Assembly: GCA_948442365.1 (NCBI GenBank)
Contig: CAOJRU010000004.1
Location: forward strand, 4,304 to 68,303
DNA length: 64,000 nt
DNA from: an uncultured Clostridium sp.
Lineage (GTDB): Bacteria; Bacillota; Clostridia; TANB77; CAG-508
Direction: 5' to 3'
Shown piece by piece: positions 19,928 through 30,772 of this stretch. Each line of letters starts with the position of its first letter. The stretch's first letter is position 1. The notes under the pieces were generated by a model that searched no databases, was not told the origin of the DNA, and was given only the letters and a program-made list of their open reading frames with translations. A program made the position numbers and the translations under genes.

Positions 19928-20092
19928 ATGAAAAAATTGGTAAGATATGATAATTACTCAAGAAAAGAAATCCATGATATTTTCTCTCCAGATACCACCT
20001 TTACACCTGGTTCTGGATACTGGGGGATTTCTGGGATTATAAAGGTTCCTAATATGTTCCATGACTATATATTTTTAGTAACTTATATCTGA
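19928..20092 (+). CDS. small hypothetical protein (54 aa)
   Basis: ATG at 19928 is preceded by AAGGAGG. The ORF track starts 33 nt earlier at a weaker site. A terminator follows. Confidence 0.4.
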   Translation: MKKLVRYDNYSRKEIHDIFSPDTTFTPGSGYWGISGIIKVPNMFHDYIFLVTYI

Positions 20093-20120
20093 AAATGAAA
20101 TATAAAATAAAAAAGTTTTG

Positions 20121-20156
20121 CTGGAGCAAAAACTTTTTTATTTTTACTATTTTATT
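20121..20156. terminator. bidirectional intrinsic terminator between 19928..20092 (+) and obg (-)
   Basis: aaaaagttttgctggagcaaaaactttttt: GC-containing stem with a 2-nt loop, flanked by an A-run and a T-run. Confidence 0.6.
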
Positions 20157-20251
20157 ACGAATCACAAGGAATTGTCAAAAGCTCCATTTGCAATGGTAGA
20201 CGCTTGACAACTGCTAGCAATGTCCAAAAAGAACCATCCTCAATGGACACG

Positions 20252-21527
<1,276 letters not shown>

Positions 21528-21634
21528 TTCTACTCCTTTTTACCAAATATCATTTTCTTTTCCTTCGTACCTAAAGGTATTATTTATCTGTAAGCTCGCT
21601 AATGCTCTTACCGCTGACGGCATCTCCAAAATCA

Positions 21635-22645
21635 TTATTCAAAATAATCTAATTTCATAGCTTGTTTTACTTTTTTCATGGTTTGTTTGGCTATTTCTTG
21701 TGCTTTTTGGGTTCCTTCTATTAAAATTCTATCTACTTCTTCTGGATGTGCTTCATAGTAGGCCCTTTTTTCTCTGATTGGTCGTAATTCTTCTATTATA
21801 TTGTGTGCTAATTGCTTCTTGCATGCTACACATCCACGCTTCCCTGCCTTACATTCTTCACATACTGTTTTTATTTCTTCTTGATTACTAAATAAATTGT
21901 GATAATACGCTACCATACATATATCAGGATTTCCTAAATCATCTTTTTTTATACGGTTTGGATCGGTTACTGCACTCATTACTTTTTTTGTAATTTCTTC
22001 TTCCGTATCTGATAAATATATAGCATTTCCCAAAGATTTCCCCATTTTTTCGTTTCCATCTAATCCCTTTATTCTTTTTCCATCTGATAATACTGCTTCT
22101 GGCTCAATTAGTACTTCTCCATAAATACTATTAAATTTTCTTACAATTTCTCTACATTGCTCAATTAATGGTAATTGATCCTCTCCTACTGGTATTAATT
22201 TTCCTTCAAATGCTGTTATGTCTGCTGCTTGACTTACTGGATATCCTAAAAATCCATAGGTTACACTTTCTCCAAATATTTCTCTTTTTTGTGCTATTTC
22301 TGTTTTTACCGTTGGATTTCTTTCTAATCGTGCTATTGTTACCAAATTAGAATAAAATACTGTTAATTCCGCTACTTCTGGTATCATGGATTGTATATAA
22401 ATGGTCGTTTTTTTAGGATCAATTCCTACTGATAGATAATCCATTGCTACTTCTTTTACATTTTTTCTTACTTTTTCTGGATTGTTAAAGTTGTCTGTTA
22501 GTGCTTGCACGTCTGCAATTAATATATATGGATCATATTCTCCACTTTCTTGTAATTCTAATCTCTTTTTTAAAGAACCAAAATAGTGACCTATATGTAA
22601 TCTTCCTGTTGGTCTATCGCCTGTCAATATTCTCTTTTTCTCCAT
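21635..22645 (-). CDS. trpS: tryptophan--tRNA ligase
   Basis: ILTGDRPTGRLHIGHY (HIGH) and KMGKS (KMSKS). 336 aa. Confidence 0.9.
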   Translation of the reverse strand: MEKKRILTGDRPTGRLHIGHYFGSLKKRLELQESGEYDPYILIADVQALTDNFNNPEKVRKNVKEVAMDYLSVGIDPKKTTIYIQSMIPEVAELTVFYSNLVTIARLERNPTVKTEIAQKREIFGESVTYGFLGYPVSQAADITAFEGKLIPVGEDQLPLIEQCREIVRKFNSIYGEVLIEPEAVLSDGKRIKGLDGNEKMGKSLGNAIYLSDTEEEITKKVMSAVTDPNRIKKDDLGNPDICMVAYYHNLFSNQEEIKTVCEECKAGKRGCVACKKQLAHNIIEELRPIREKRAYYEAHPEEVDRILIEGTQKAQEIAKQTMKKVKQAMKLDYFE

Positions 22646-22834
22646 GCTTGTTTTCTCTCCTTTATTTAGAAGTTTTCTATGTTTCTTATTTTACCATATT
22701 TTTTTAGTTTTGTATACTATTATAAATTTTAAGCTTCACTTAATTGCAAAGCCATTTTCTGTGGAACGCTTCCTATTATAGAAAGTTCTGAGAACTTTCC
22801 TATAATAGAATAAAAGCTGATATACAAAAGTATA

Positions 22835-23287
22835 TCAACTAATTTTCAATAATTTTTCTTCCATATATTGTTGCCCTAATTCAAGTCTATGTATTCTGGC
22901 ATTAAATATTTTATGTTCTTCTCTATTTATTTCTAACTCTTTTAATATTTCCTTTTGAATTTTTATGCTTTGATCCAATGTTGCTTGTATTTTGTTATCT
23001 CTTTTCTCCAAAAATATAACAATTTCATTTAATTCTTGTGCTATTTCTTTACTTTGTTTTCCTATCTTATTATCTACTTCTACTAATATTTTCTTGCTTT
23101 GTTGTTCCATCTTCTGATCTACTTCTTCTAATATCTTTTTACTTTGTTGTTCCATCTTCTGATCTACTTCTTCTAATATCTTTTTACTTTGTTGTTCCAT
23201 CTTTTGGTCTATTTCTACTCTTATCTCTCGTACTTCTTCTTTTACACCTTTAACTTCTGTAAGAATTGTTTCTAATATTTTTTCCAT
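22835..23287 (-). CDS. coiled-coil protein with three tandem 15-aa repeats (EVDQKMEQQSKKILE)
   Basis: Start chosen at MEKILETIL, with GGAGGTGAGAGA before the ATG. A 45-bp DNA repeat x3 lies at about 23093..23232. Confidence 0.5.
   Translation of the reverse strand: MEKILETILTEVKGVKEEVREIRVEIDQKMEQQSKKILEEVDQKMEQQSKKILEEVDQKMEQQSKKILVEVDNKIGKQSKEIAQELNEIVIFLEKRDNKIQATLDQSIKIQKEILKELEINREEHKIFNARIHRLELGQQYMEEKLLKIS
23093..23232. repeat. 45-bp tandem repeat x3 within the coiled-coil protein gene
   Basis: actttgttgttccatcttctgatctacttcttctaatatcttttt repeated with 1-2 substitutions. Confidence 0.8.
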
Positions 23288-23382
23288 TCTCTCACCTCCA
23301 TTGAAAGAATTATATAACAACAAATTTAGCTTGTCAACCCTATAAGTAAAATTTTATTATAAAATCAATTTATTATCGTATT

Positions 23383-24318
23383 CTATTCTACATTTATTTT
23401 TTTATCAATAATATATTGTGGTCGATTTCTCGTTTCATCATAAATTCTTGCTATATATTCTGAAATAATCCAGATAGACAACAATTGTACTCCACTAAAT
23501 AAGGTTATGGCAACCATAATAGAAGTCCAACCTGCGGTCAAATTATTTAAGTCGAAAGCATAGGAAACCAGCGAATAAATTAAAATTAAAATGGACAAAA
23601 TAATGGTCAAAATCCCTAATCCTCCCACAATTTTTAATGGTTTTGTGGAAAAACTGATAATACCATCTGATGCTAATTTCCACATCTTTCGAAAAGGATA
23701 TTTGGTTTTTCCTGCTTGTCTTTCTTGCCTTTCATATAAATAGGCTTTTTGCTTAAAACCAACCCAACTAAATAACCCTCTTAAAAATTTATTGTGTTCT
23801 GGTAAACTATTAATCACATCAACTACTTTTCGATCGACTAATCTAAAATCACCTGTATCTTTAGGTATTTCTACATCTGATAAAGCATTTAATATGTTGT
23901 AAAACATTTTAGCCGTTAATAACTTGAAGGCGGATTCTCCTTTTCTTATCTTTCTTTGACCATAAATTACTTCATTCCCTTGTTCCCACAATTGTAACAT
24001 TTCTGGCAACAATTCAGGTGGATCTTGTAAATCTGCATCGATAATAATAATCGCCTCTCCTGTTACATAACGAAGTCCTGCTGTTACTGCTGCTTGATGC
24101 CCAAAATTTCTAGTAAAAGATAGGATTTTTACTTTTTCATTCTCTTTTGCTGCTTTTTGTAATATTTCTAATGTTTTATCGTTTGAACCATCATCCACCA
24201 ATATCATTTCATAATCATATTGTTTTAGTTCTTCTATTACTTTCCTAATTCTTAAATAAGAGGTCATTACGACCTCTTCTTCATTGTACATTGGTATAAC
24301 AATTGATATTTTTTTCAT
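23383..24318 (-). CDS. GT2 polyprenyl-phosphate glycosyltransferase (GtrB/CsbB/ArnC-like) with C-terminal TM helices
   Basis: ISIVIPMYNEEE ... ILVDDGSNDKT ... DADLQDPPE. Two C-terminal TMs. Confidence 0.8.
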   Translation of the reverse strand: MKKISIVIPMYNEEEVVMTSYLRIRKVIEELKQYDYEMILVDDGSNDKTLEILQKAAKENEKVKILSFTRNFGHQAAVTAGLRYVTGEAIIIIDADLQDPPELLPEMLQLWEQGNEVIYGQRKIRKGESAFKLLTAKMFYNILNALSDVEIPKDTGDFRLVDRKVVDVINSLPEHNKFLRGLFSWVGFKQKAYLYERQERQAGKTKYPFRKMWKLASDGIISFSTKPLKIVGGLGILTIILSILILIYSLVSYAFDLNNLTAGWTSIMVAITLFSGVQLLSIWIISEYIARIYDETRNRPQYIIDKKINVE

Positions 24319-24330
24319 GCTAACACTTCC

Positions 24331-24825
24331 TTATTCTGTGTCTTTTTTCTTTCTAAAAATAATTAACTTGCTAAATAAGTAGTTTACAATTACTACCATG
24401 ACTTGTGTTACTACTTTTGAGAAAATGTCATTGATATGGAATACTTTTACCATTAAGGCAAATGTACCTACATCACATAAAGCTCCTGATATAATTCTTG
24501 CTAAAAAGAAGGAAGTCATTTCTATCAAAAAAGCTTTTAAGGTATCTGTTTTGCTTTCAAATACAAATAGTTTGTTGGTAATATAGGCAAACAAAACGGA
24601 ACAGAACCAAGACAAACCACTACTAATTACTTCATCTAAATTTAACATTTTAGCAAAAATATAATAGGATACAAAGTTAACAATCATGGCTAATACACCA
24701 AATACTAAATAGTTAATTACTTCTTTATAGCCAAAGTATAATCCTTGTATTGTTTTCCAATTTATCTTTTTTAGATCGATTTGGTTTAATTTTATTTTTT
24801 CTATCTCTTGTCTTTCTTTTTTCAT
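24331..24825 (-). CDS. GtrA-family small membrane protein (candidate flippase for the lipid-linked sugar)
   Basis: 164 aa, 4 TM. GVLAMIVNFVSYYIF ... FAYITNKLFVFES is typical of GtrA. Confidence 0.7.
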   Translation of the reverse strand: MKKERQEIEKIKLNQIDLKKINWKTIQGLYFGYKEVINYLVFGVLAMIVNFVSYYIFAKMLNLDEVISSGLSWFCSVLFAYITNKLFVFESKTDTLKAFLIEMTSFFLARIISGALCDVGTFALMVKVFHINDIFSKVVTQVMVVIVNYLFSKLIIFRKKKDTE

Positions 24826-24930
24826 TTAAAATTCCTTTTCTCTTATCAATTCATATATCGCTCTTAATACCCTATCAGTTTTAAAAAATAGAGAGAAATA
24901 AAATGCTGGCTTATGCATGTACACAAAACA

Positions 24931-25872
24931 TTACATATCAAACAATTCGCCTAATGGTCGTTCTTCATTGATACGTTTAATGGTTTCTGCAAATAAAGGA
25001 GCAATCGATAATACGGTTAAATTATCTATTCTTTTTTCTTCTGGCACTGGAACGGTATTGGTTACTACCATTTCTTTAATCCCTGAATTTTTAATTCTTT
25101 CAATGGCTGGTCCTGATAAAATTCCATGTGTACCTCCAGCATAAATATTTTTGGCTCCAAATTTTTGCAATACTTTTACGGTTTCCATCATAGAACCTGC
25201 TGTTGCTATTTCATCATCAAAGATAATAGCATTTTTGTCTTTTACATCTCCTATGATTGTTCCTGCAATCGCTCTATCATCATTGGCATCTCTTCTTTTA
25301 TCTACTAAAGCAATTGGACAATTAAAGTATTCTGAATATTTATAGGCTTTTTTTGAACTACCTGCATCGGTCGCTACAATTACCATGTCTTCTAATTTTT
25401 TTTCTTTGAAATATTCTTCTAATAAATATTCTGCTGTTAAACGATCACAATTAATATTAAAATAAGCTTGTATTGCTGGATTGTGCAAATCACATGTGAT
25501 GACTCTTGTTGCTCCAGCGGCTTCTAATAGTTGTGCCATTAACTTGGCTGTGATTGGAATACGAGGTTGGTCTTTTTTGTCTGACCTAGAGTATGGATAA
25601 TAGGGTATTACTACATTAACATTTTTGGCAGATGCTCTTTTTACAGCATCTATGGTGATTAATAATTCCATAATTCTTTCATTGACTGGTGGTTGACAAG
25701 TTTGTACAATATAGACGTCTTTTTGTCTTACGGTTTCTAGTATTTGTACAAAGTTGTTGTCATTGGAAAATTTTTGGTGTTTGATTTTCCCCATTTCTAT
25801 TCCTAAACAATCACATATTTCTTTGGTAAATTCTTCAGCAGTTGGACAAGCAAATATTTTAATATTATTCAT
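24931..25872 (-). CDS. prs: ribose-phosphate pyrophosphokinase (PRPP synthetase)
   Basis: 313 aa. PRPP-binding-loop-like DDEIATAGSMMETV. Typical Prs length and architecture. Confidence 0.8.
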   Translation of the reverse strand: MNNIKIFACPTAEEFTKEICDCLGIEMGKIKHQKFSNDNNFVQILETVRQKDVYIVQTCQPPVNERIMELLITIDAVKRASAKNVNVVIPYYPYSRSDKKDQPRIPITAKLMAQLLEAAGATRVITCDLHNPAIQAYFNINCDRLTAEYLLEEYFKEKKLEDMVIVATDAGSSKKAYKYSEYFNCPIALVDKRRDANDDRAIAGTIIGDVKDKNAIIFDDEIATAGSMMETVKVLQKFGAKNIYAGGTHGILSGPAIERIKNSGIKEMVVTNTVPVPEEKRIDNLTVLSIAPLFAETIKRINEERPLGELFDM

Positions 25873-25903
25873 TTTTTTCTACTCCTTTTTTTACATTTTA
25901 TTT

Positions 25904-26683
25904 TTATAATTGTTCTGCAAATCCTTTTTGTAGTTTTTTAAAGATAAAATACCCTATTATTGTTAGTACTACTGAAATTCCTAGTAGAATTCCTAGTACC
26001 TTCATGTCTGGCATTTGTTGATTATAAAAAATATCACGATAACCATTAATAATATGAGTCATAGGATTTAATTGTATAATGGTTTTTAAGGTATCTGGTA
26101 ATTGTTCCAATTTATAGACAATTGGCGTTCCATAAAAAGCTGCTAATAAAACGATTCCTATAATGTGTTCTAAGTCTCTAAAATATACTGTTATCGAAGA
26201 TACCATAAAAGAGATTCCTAATAACAATACATATTGTACCAGTAATACGAATGGGTATAATAACAGATACCAAGATAATCCCATTCCAGAAAAAATAACA
26301 AAGGCTAGAATGATAATTGTTGATATAATAAAATTAACAGCTCCACTGGTTACGACTGAGATTGGTAAAATTTCTCTTGGAAAATATACCTTCTTAATAA
26401 TATCTCCATTTCCAATAATGGTAAATGAGGACTGTGTAATAGCCGTTGTAAAATAGGTCCACGGAATTAATGCTACACATATATAAATAGGATAGGTAGC
26501 ATCTCCGCCTGCTAATAATGCTCCAAAAATAACAGAATAAACAGCTAGCTGTAATAATGGATTTAAGAATGACCACATAACTCCTAAAATGGAATTCTTA
26601 TACCTTCCTCTAATCTCTTTTTTTACATTTGTCTTTAATAATTCTCTGTACTGATAAATTTTTTGAAATATATTCATACTCAT
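25904..26683 (-). CDS. ABC-2 type polysaccharide/teichoic-acid export permease (TagG/Wzm-like)
   Basis: 259 aa, 6 TM, ABC-2 family features. Confidence 0.75.
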   Translation of the reverse strand: MSMNIFQKIYQYRELLKTNVKKEIRGRYKNSILGVMWSFLNPLLQLAVYSVIFGALLAGGDATYPIYICVALIPWTYFTTAITQSSFTIIGNGDIIKKVYFPREILPISVVTSGAVNFIISTIIILAFVIFSGMGLSWYLLLYPFVLLVQYVLLLGISFMVSSITVYFRDLEHIIGIVLLAAFYGTPIVYKLEQLPDTLKTIIQLNPMTHIINGYRDIFYNQQMPDMKVLGILLGISVVLTIIGYFIFKKLQKGFAEQL

Positions 26684-26707
26684 TCTCCTTGTCTAATATT
26701 TCAATCT

Positions 26708-27454
26708 TTATGTTGTTACTTTTAAATATTCGTTTACAACTTCATCTGTATTTCCATCCATTCTTACTTTTCCATCATATAGCCATACTGCTCTATCACA
26801 TAAATTTCTAACAGAATCCATACTATGTGTAACAAAGACCATAGTCTTGCCTTCCTTTTTTAGTTCACGCATTTTGTTAAAACATTTTTCTTGAAAATGC
26901 TGATCTCCTACAGATAGAATCTCATCAATTAATAAAATGTCTGCATCTACATTGATAGCAACAGAAAAGGCTAAACGCATATACATTCCAGAAGAGTAGG
27001 TTCGTACTGGATTATCAATAAAGTCTTTCAATTCTGAAAATTCTATAATTTGTTCTAATCTTTCGTCAATTTCTTTTCTTGTTAATCCAAAAATAGAAGA
27101 ATTGAAATAAATATTCTCTCTGCCAGAAAAGTCTGGATGAAATCCAGCTCCTAATTCTAGCAGTGATGTTAGTTTTCCTTTGGTTTCTATCGTTCCTTGA
27201 TTAGGAAAGATAATTTGTGTCATTAATTTTAAAAGGGTTGACTTTCCACTTCCATTAACACCTATTAAAGCTACGGTTTCTCCCTTTTTTATGTCTAAAT
27301 TAATATCGTTTAAAACTTCTCTTTTTTCTCTTCTTTTATTTCTCGCAAAAAATAACATTCTTTCTTTTAAGGTATTGGCTCTATCGTAATAAATGTTAAA
27401 ACTTTTATAGACATGGTCTACTTTGATAGCAATATGATTATCTGTTTCTTTCAT
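26708..27454 (-). CDS. ABC transporter ATP-binding protein (TagH/Wzt-like)
   Basis: Walker A GVNGSGKST, signature LSGGM, Walker B ILLIDE. Confidence 0.85.
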   Translation of the reverse strand: MKETDNHIAIKVDHVYKSFNIYYDRANTLKERMLFFARNKRREKREVLNDINLDIKKGETVALIGVNGSGKSTLLKLMTQIIFPNQGTIETKGKLTSLLELGAGFHPDFSGRENIYFNSSIFGLTRKEIDERLEQIIEFSELKDFIDNPVRTYSSGMYMRLAFSVAINVDADILLIDEILSVGDQHFQEKCFNKMRELKKEGKTMVFVTHSMDSVRNLCDRAVWLYDGKVRMDGNTDEVVNEYLKVTT

Positions 27455-27531
27455 TTTTTGTCTCCTTTTGCGTTTTTTATTTCATTGTCATTATATCATA
27501 AAATTAATGGTTGTCAAATAATATTATACTT

Positions 27532-28953
27532 TTACTTTTCCATTTTTTTATACTGCCTTATCTCATTCATTAGTAGTGTATTTAAAGCTATTATCATTAT
27601 CATATTAGAAGAATTAAAAAATGTATAACCTACGAAAAAGGATAATAGAAATGAAAAACCAATTCCTAATAAATACATTACATATTGTGACTCTATTTGT
27701 TTTCTATATTTTATCATACTATAGGAACCATACAAGAATATACTAGCAAATGGTATAAAGTACAAAACAAATCCAATGATACCAAAATTAAATAAAAAAG
27801 CTGGTATTTCCATTTCCAATACTAATTCATAAAAATTAGTTATATACCCATTCCCTAACAATATATAAACTAAATTATGTTGGTTTTTTACTAAAACTGC
27901 ATTATAGATAAATTGTTGCATCCTATAATCATTGTTTTTAATTTTCCAGTTATTAGCGATATGATATAATTCTAAAATGGACTTTTTTCTTGCCTCACCC
28001 ATATAGCCTTCTTCTAATATATTATTTTCTATTTTTTCTTTTATGGCTAAGATATCTCCCGTAATATGTGCTTCTTGATTGCTTGCTGTATCAACTATAT
28101 TCTTTTCCATATCTTGTAACTGTTGTCTTCTTTGTAAGGTAGTCGAACCAATGGTAATAATCACTAACAAAATAGTTGCAATTCCAGCAATACCTCCTAC
28201 TACCATTTTAAGATTAATTTTCCCCTTTTTTCTTAATGTAATAATGATTTCAACTATCATATAAGTTACCACAACGATGATAAATCCTAATAAGCCCACT
28301 CTTGTTCCTAACAATACACTTAAGAAAAATCCTTCTAATAATATAATAGGAATTACTATCTTCCTATATTTTTTATCTTTAACATAGTTCATGATAATAA
28401 ATAATGATAATAGTAATATAGAACCTAAACTGTTTCCCGATTCAAACCATCCTTTATATCCCATGCCTTCTATATACGTGCTAGAAGATGTTTTGGTTAC
28501 AATTGCTAGATAGATTGAAATAATATATAGGATATTAGCTATTAATACACTTTTCGCTAAGTTCTCTGTGTTATTACTGTCTCTAAAAATATATAAATAC
28601 AGGCATAAATTTAAAATCATAAAAGAATAGTTTATAATGTATTGTGCTTCATGCCATACGGTACTATAACTACTTCCTGTTAATTCTTGTCTGATTACAT
28701 ATAAATGTAATATACCATATAGAAAATAAATCCCTCCTGTAATTAAGGCTGTTATCTTAAAACTCCTATCTTTTTTAAAAAATAAATATATCATCATGAC
28801 TGCAGGTATGAAAGGTCGTAAAAAGGTAGAAGGTGAAAAGTTGGTATGAAAAGTATTTCTAAAGATAAAACTTACTATGTCTAATATGGGACATAATACA
28901 ATAAATAAGCAAAGTATATTTTCTGTATTTACTGTTTCTTTTATTTTTATCAT
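27532..28953 (-). CDS. polytopic membrane protein, O-antigen ligase/polymerase (Wzy)-like
   Basis: 473 aa, at least 10 TM, with a large loop near the C-terminal third. Confidence 0.45.
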   Translation of the reverse strand: MIKIKETVNTENILCLFIVLCPILDIVSFIFRNTFHTNFSPSTFLRPFIPAVMMIYLFFKKDRSFKITALITGGIYFLYGILHLYVIRQELTGSSYSTVWHEAQYIINYSFMILNLCLYLYIFRDSNNTENLAKSVLIANILYIISIYLAIVTKTSSSTYIEGMGYKGWFESGNSLGSILLLSLFIIMNYVKDKKYRKIVIPIILLEGFFLSVLLGTRVGLLGFIIVVVTYMIVEIIITLRKKGKINLKMVVGGIAGIATILLVIITIGSTTLQRRQQLQDMEKNIVDTASNQEAHITGDILAIKEKIENNILEEGYMGEARKKSILELYHIANNWKIKNNDYRMQQFIYNAVLVKNQHNLVYILLGNGYITNFYELVLEMEIPAFLFNFGIIGFVLYFIPFASIFLYGSYSMIKYRKQIESQYVMYLLGIGFSFLLSFFVGYTFFNSSNMIMIIALNTLLMNEIRQYKKMEK

Positions 28954-28968
28954 GAAAAATCTCCTAAA

Positions 28969-30753
28969 TTATTCTTTTTCTCTAAAATGAATACCTATTA
29001 ATATTGGTAAACACGTAAACATACTATAAATATATCTAAATTCTCCAAATACTGGCGATGCAATGGTAGTCAACCATAAAATAGCCAATGGTACGTATAT
29101 AATTATTAAGTTATATTGCTTTCTATAAATAGCATACATTACCATCATCAATACTATCCAAAAAGTAAATCCTATACTATATAACATAGAATTTAATGGT
29201 AAATCTCTTCTATCTAGTAAGCTATCAAATTTCTCCAAATTTGGTAAGTCTACAATTGGTGTATCTTTTAATTGCAAAGTTGCCTCTTTTTCTTGTGTGG
29301 TTTCAAATACTTCTCTTCCCACTACCCAATGAATGGCTTCTGGATACCAATAACCATAATTGTTACATAAAAAAGACTCTATCGTTGCTCTTGGATATTT
29401 TAAAGCTAACTTTGCATATAATTTTACAAGTCCTATTTTATCCTCTGCAAATGCTTCATTACTAAAGTTATTTTTTACAGGATCGGATATTTTAGGAGTG
29501 TATACTTCTGCTAAATTATCAGTTGGCAAATATTTATAAATTCTCCATTTTTCTTCTTCTGTTAAGGTATCTCCATGTATTTTGGTAATTCTAGCAAATT
29601 GTTGTAATGGTATAGACAAGGCTTCTTTTGATGAACCTGGTTTTATGTGAAATAAAGAAAATACAGGGCCTTTCCAAATCATATAAGTGGCTAACACAAT
29701 ACAAGTGACAACAATTAATTTTTTATAATGTTGTCTTGCTAATACAAATAGACATGGAATGGTTAAAATTACAACATAAAGTCCATTATTTCTAAATAAA
29801 ATGGCTAATATCATACTAATGATTAATAAAATAATATTTCTTTTAGATTTCATAAAGCTTTCTTGATGAATTGCTATTTCTGTCATCATAATCGTGAAAA
29901 TTAGCATAACCGTAGCAAACGGAATATCTTTCCACATCGTAATACTATATAAACCATTAATGGGATAAAAAGCACAAAATAGTAGCGTTAATATTCTAAA
30001 TCTACTATCTACTTCTCTTTTTGCCATATAATAAATAGTAAAAGAAAAAATAGCAGATACCACCATCATTTGTACAATACTATAAATGGCTACTCCCAAA
30101 TTATAATTTCCTAATAACTTTCCTATATTCATGGCTATACTGATAAAAAAGGTATGAAAAACAGGATGATGATTTGTTAAATCATAAATTCCTAGTCCTT
30201 GACACATTTGTTGCATAGAATCTGGTGTGATAACACCTGGATAGTAATTAAGAAAATATGGTACCCATGCTACCAAAATAAGTCCCCATACCCAGAAAAA
30301 GGTTCTTTTGTTATTCGTAAACCACTTATGATTTCCCTTTAAAAATTCTTTTTCTTCTATTTTTACAAATATATTAGCTATCACAGCATATAATAGAATA
30401 ATATAGCCACATTCTTTCAGGATAGATTTCATAAGGGTTATTTGACTCTCTACAATGCCACTTAGATTTAAATAGGTATCTATTGAACTTCCTATTACTT
30501 CAAAAGTAGCTAATAGTATGGCTAATAAAATAGAACAAGCTTTTAATCTCCTATTTTCTATTTTGGCTATTTTATTTAGTAACCAATAAGTTAAAACAAA
30601 AAAGATAACCCAAAAAATAGAATTTCCTGTAAACGAATATCGAATGGCTGTGTTTTTATCCATATTCATGTTCATTGCAAAAGTTACTAAAATAGATAAT
30701 AATATTATTATAATTGGTTTTGTCTTAATCCATAAACACTTCACTTTTTCCAT
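28969..30753 (-). CDS. polytopic membrane protein, paralog of 48795..50585; candidate GT-C glycosyltransferase
   Basis: 594 aa. Shares YKDIPFATVMLIFTIMMTEIA ... FRNNGLYVVILT ... SPVFGEFRYIYSMFTCLP with 48795..50585. Confidence 0.4.
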   Translation of the reverse strand: MEKVKCLWIKTKPIIIILLSILVTFAMNMNMDKNTAIRYSFTGNSIFWVIFFVLTYWLLNKIAKIENRRLKACSILLAILLATFEVIGSSIDTYLNLSGIVESQITLMKSILKECGYIILLYAVIANIFVKIEEKEFLKGNHKWFTNNKRTFFWVWGLILVAWVPYFLNYYPGVITPDSMQQMCQGLGIYDLTNHHPVFHTFFISIAMNIGKLLGNYNLGVAIYSIVQMMVVSAIFSFTIYYMAKREVDSRFRILTLLFCAFYPINGLYSITMWKDIPFATVMLIFTIMMTEIAIHQESFMKSKRNIILLIISMILAILFRNNGLYVVILTIPCLFVLARQHYKKLIVVTCIVLATYMIWKGPVFSLFHIKPGSSKEALSIPLQQFARITKIHGDTLTEEEKWRIYKYLPTDNLAEVYTPKISDPVKNNFSNEAFAEDKIGLVKLYAKLALKYPRATIESFLCNNYGYWYPEAIHWVVGREVFETTQEKEATLQLKDTPIVDLPNLEKFDSLLDRRDLPLNSMLYSIGFTFWIVLMMVMYAIYRKQYNLIIIYVPLAILWLTTIASPVFGEFRYIYSMFTCLPILIGIHFREKE

Positions 30754-30772
30754 GTTTACTACACGCTCCCTC

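Noticed and set aside
22646-22834. Searched for a T-box riboswitch upstream of trpS
   Set aside because: No T-box consensus or specifier loop could be recognised by eye. Only an imperfect palindrome was found, which is reported separately at low interest.
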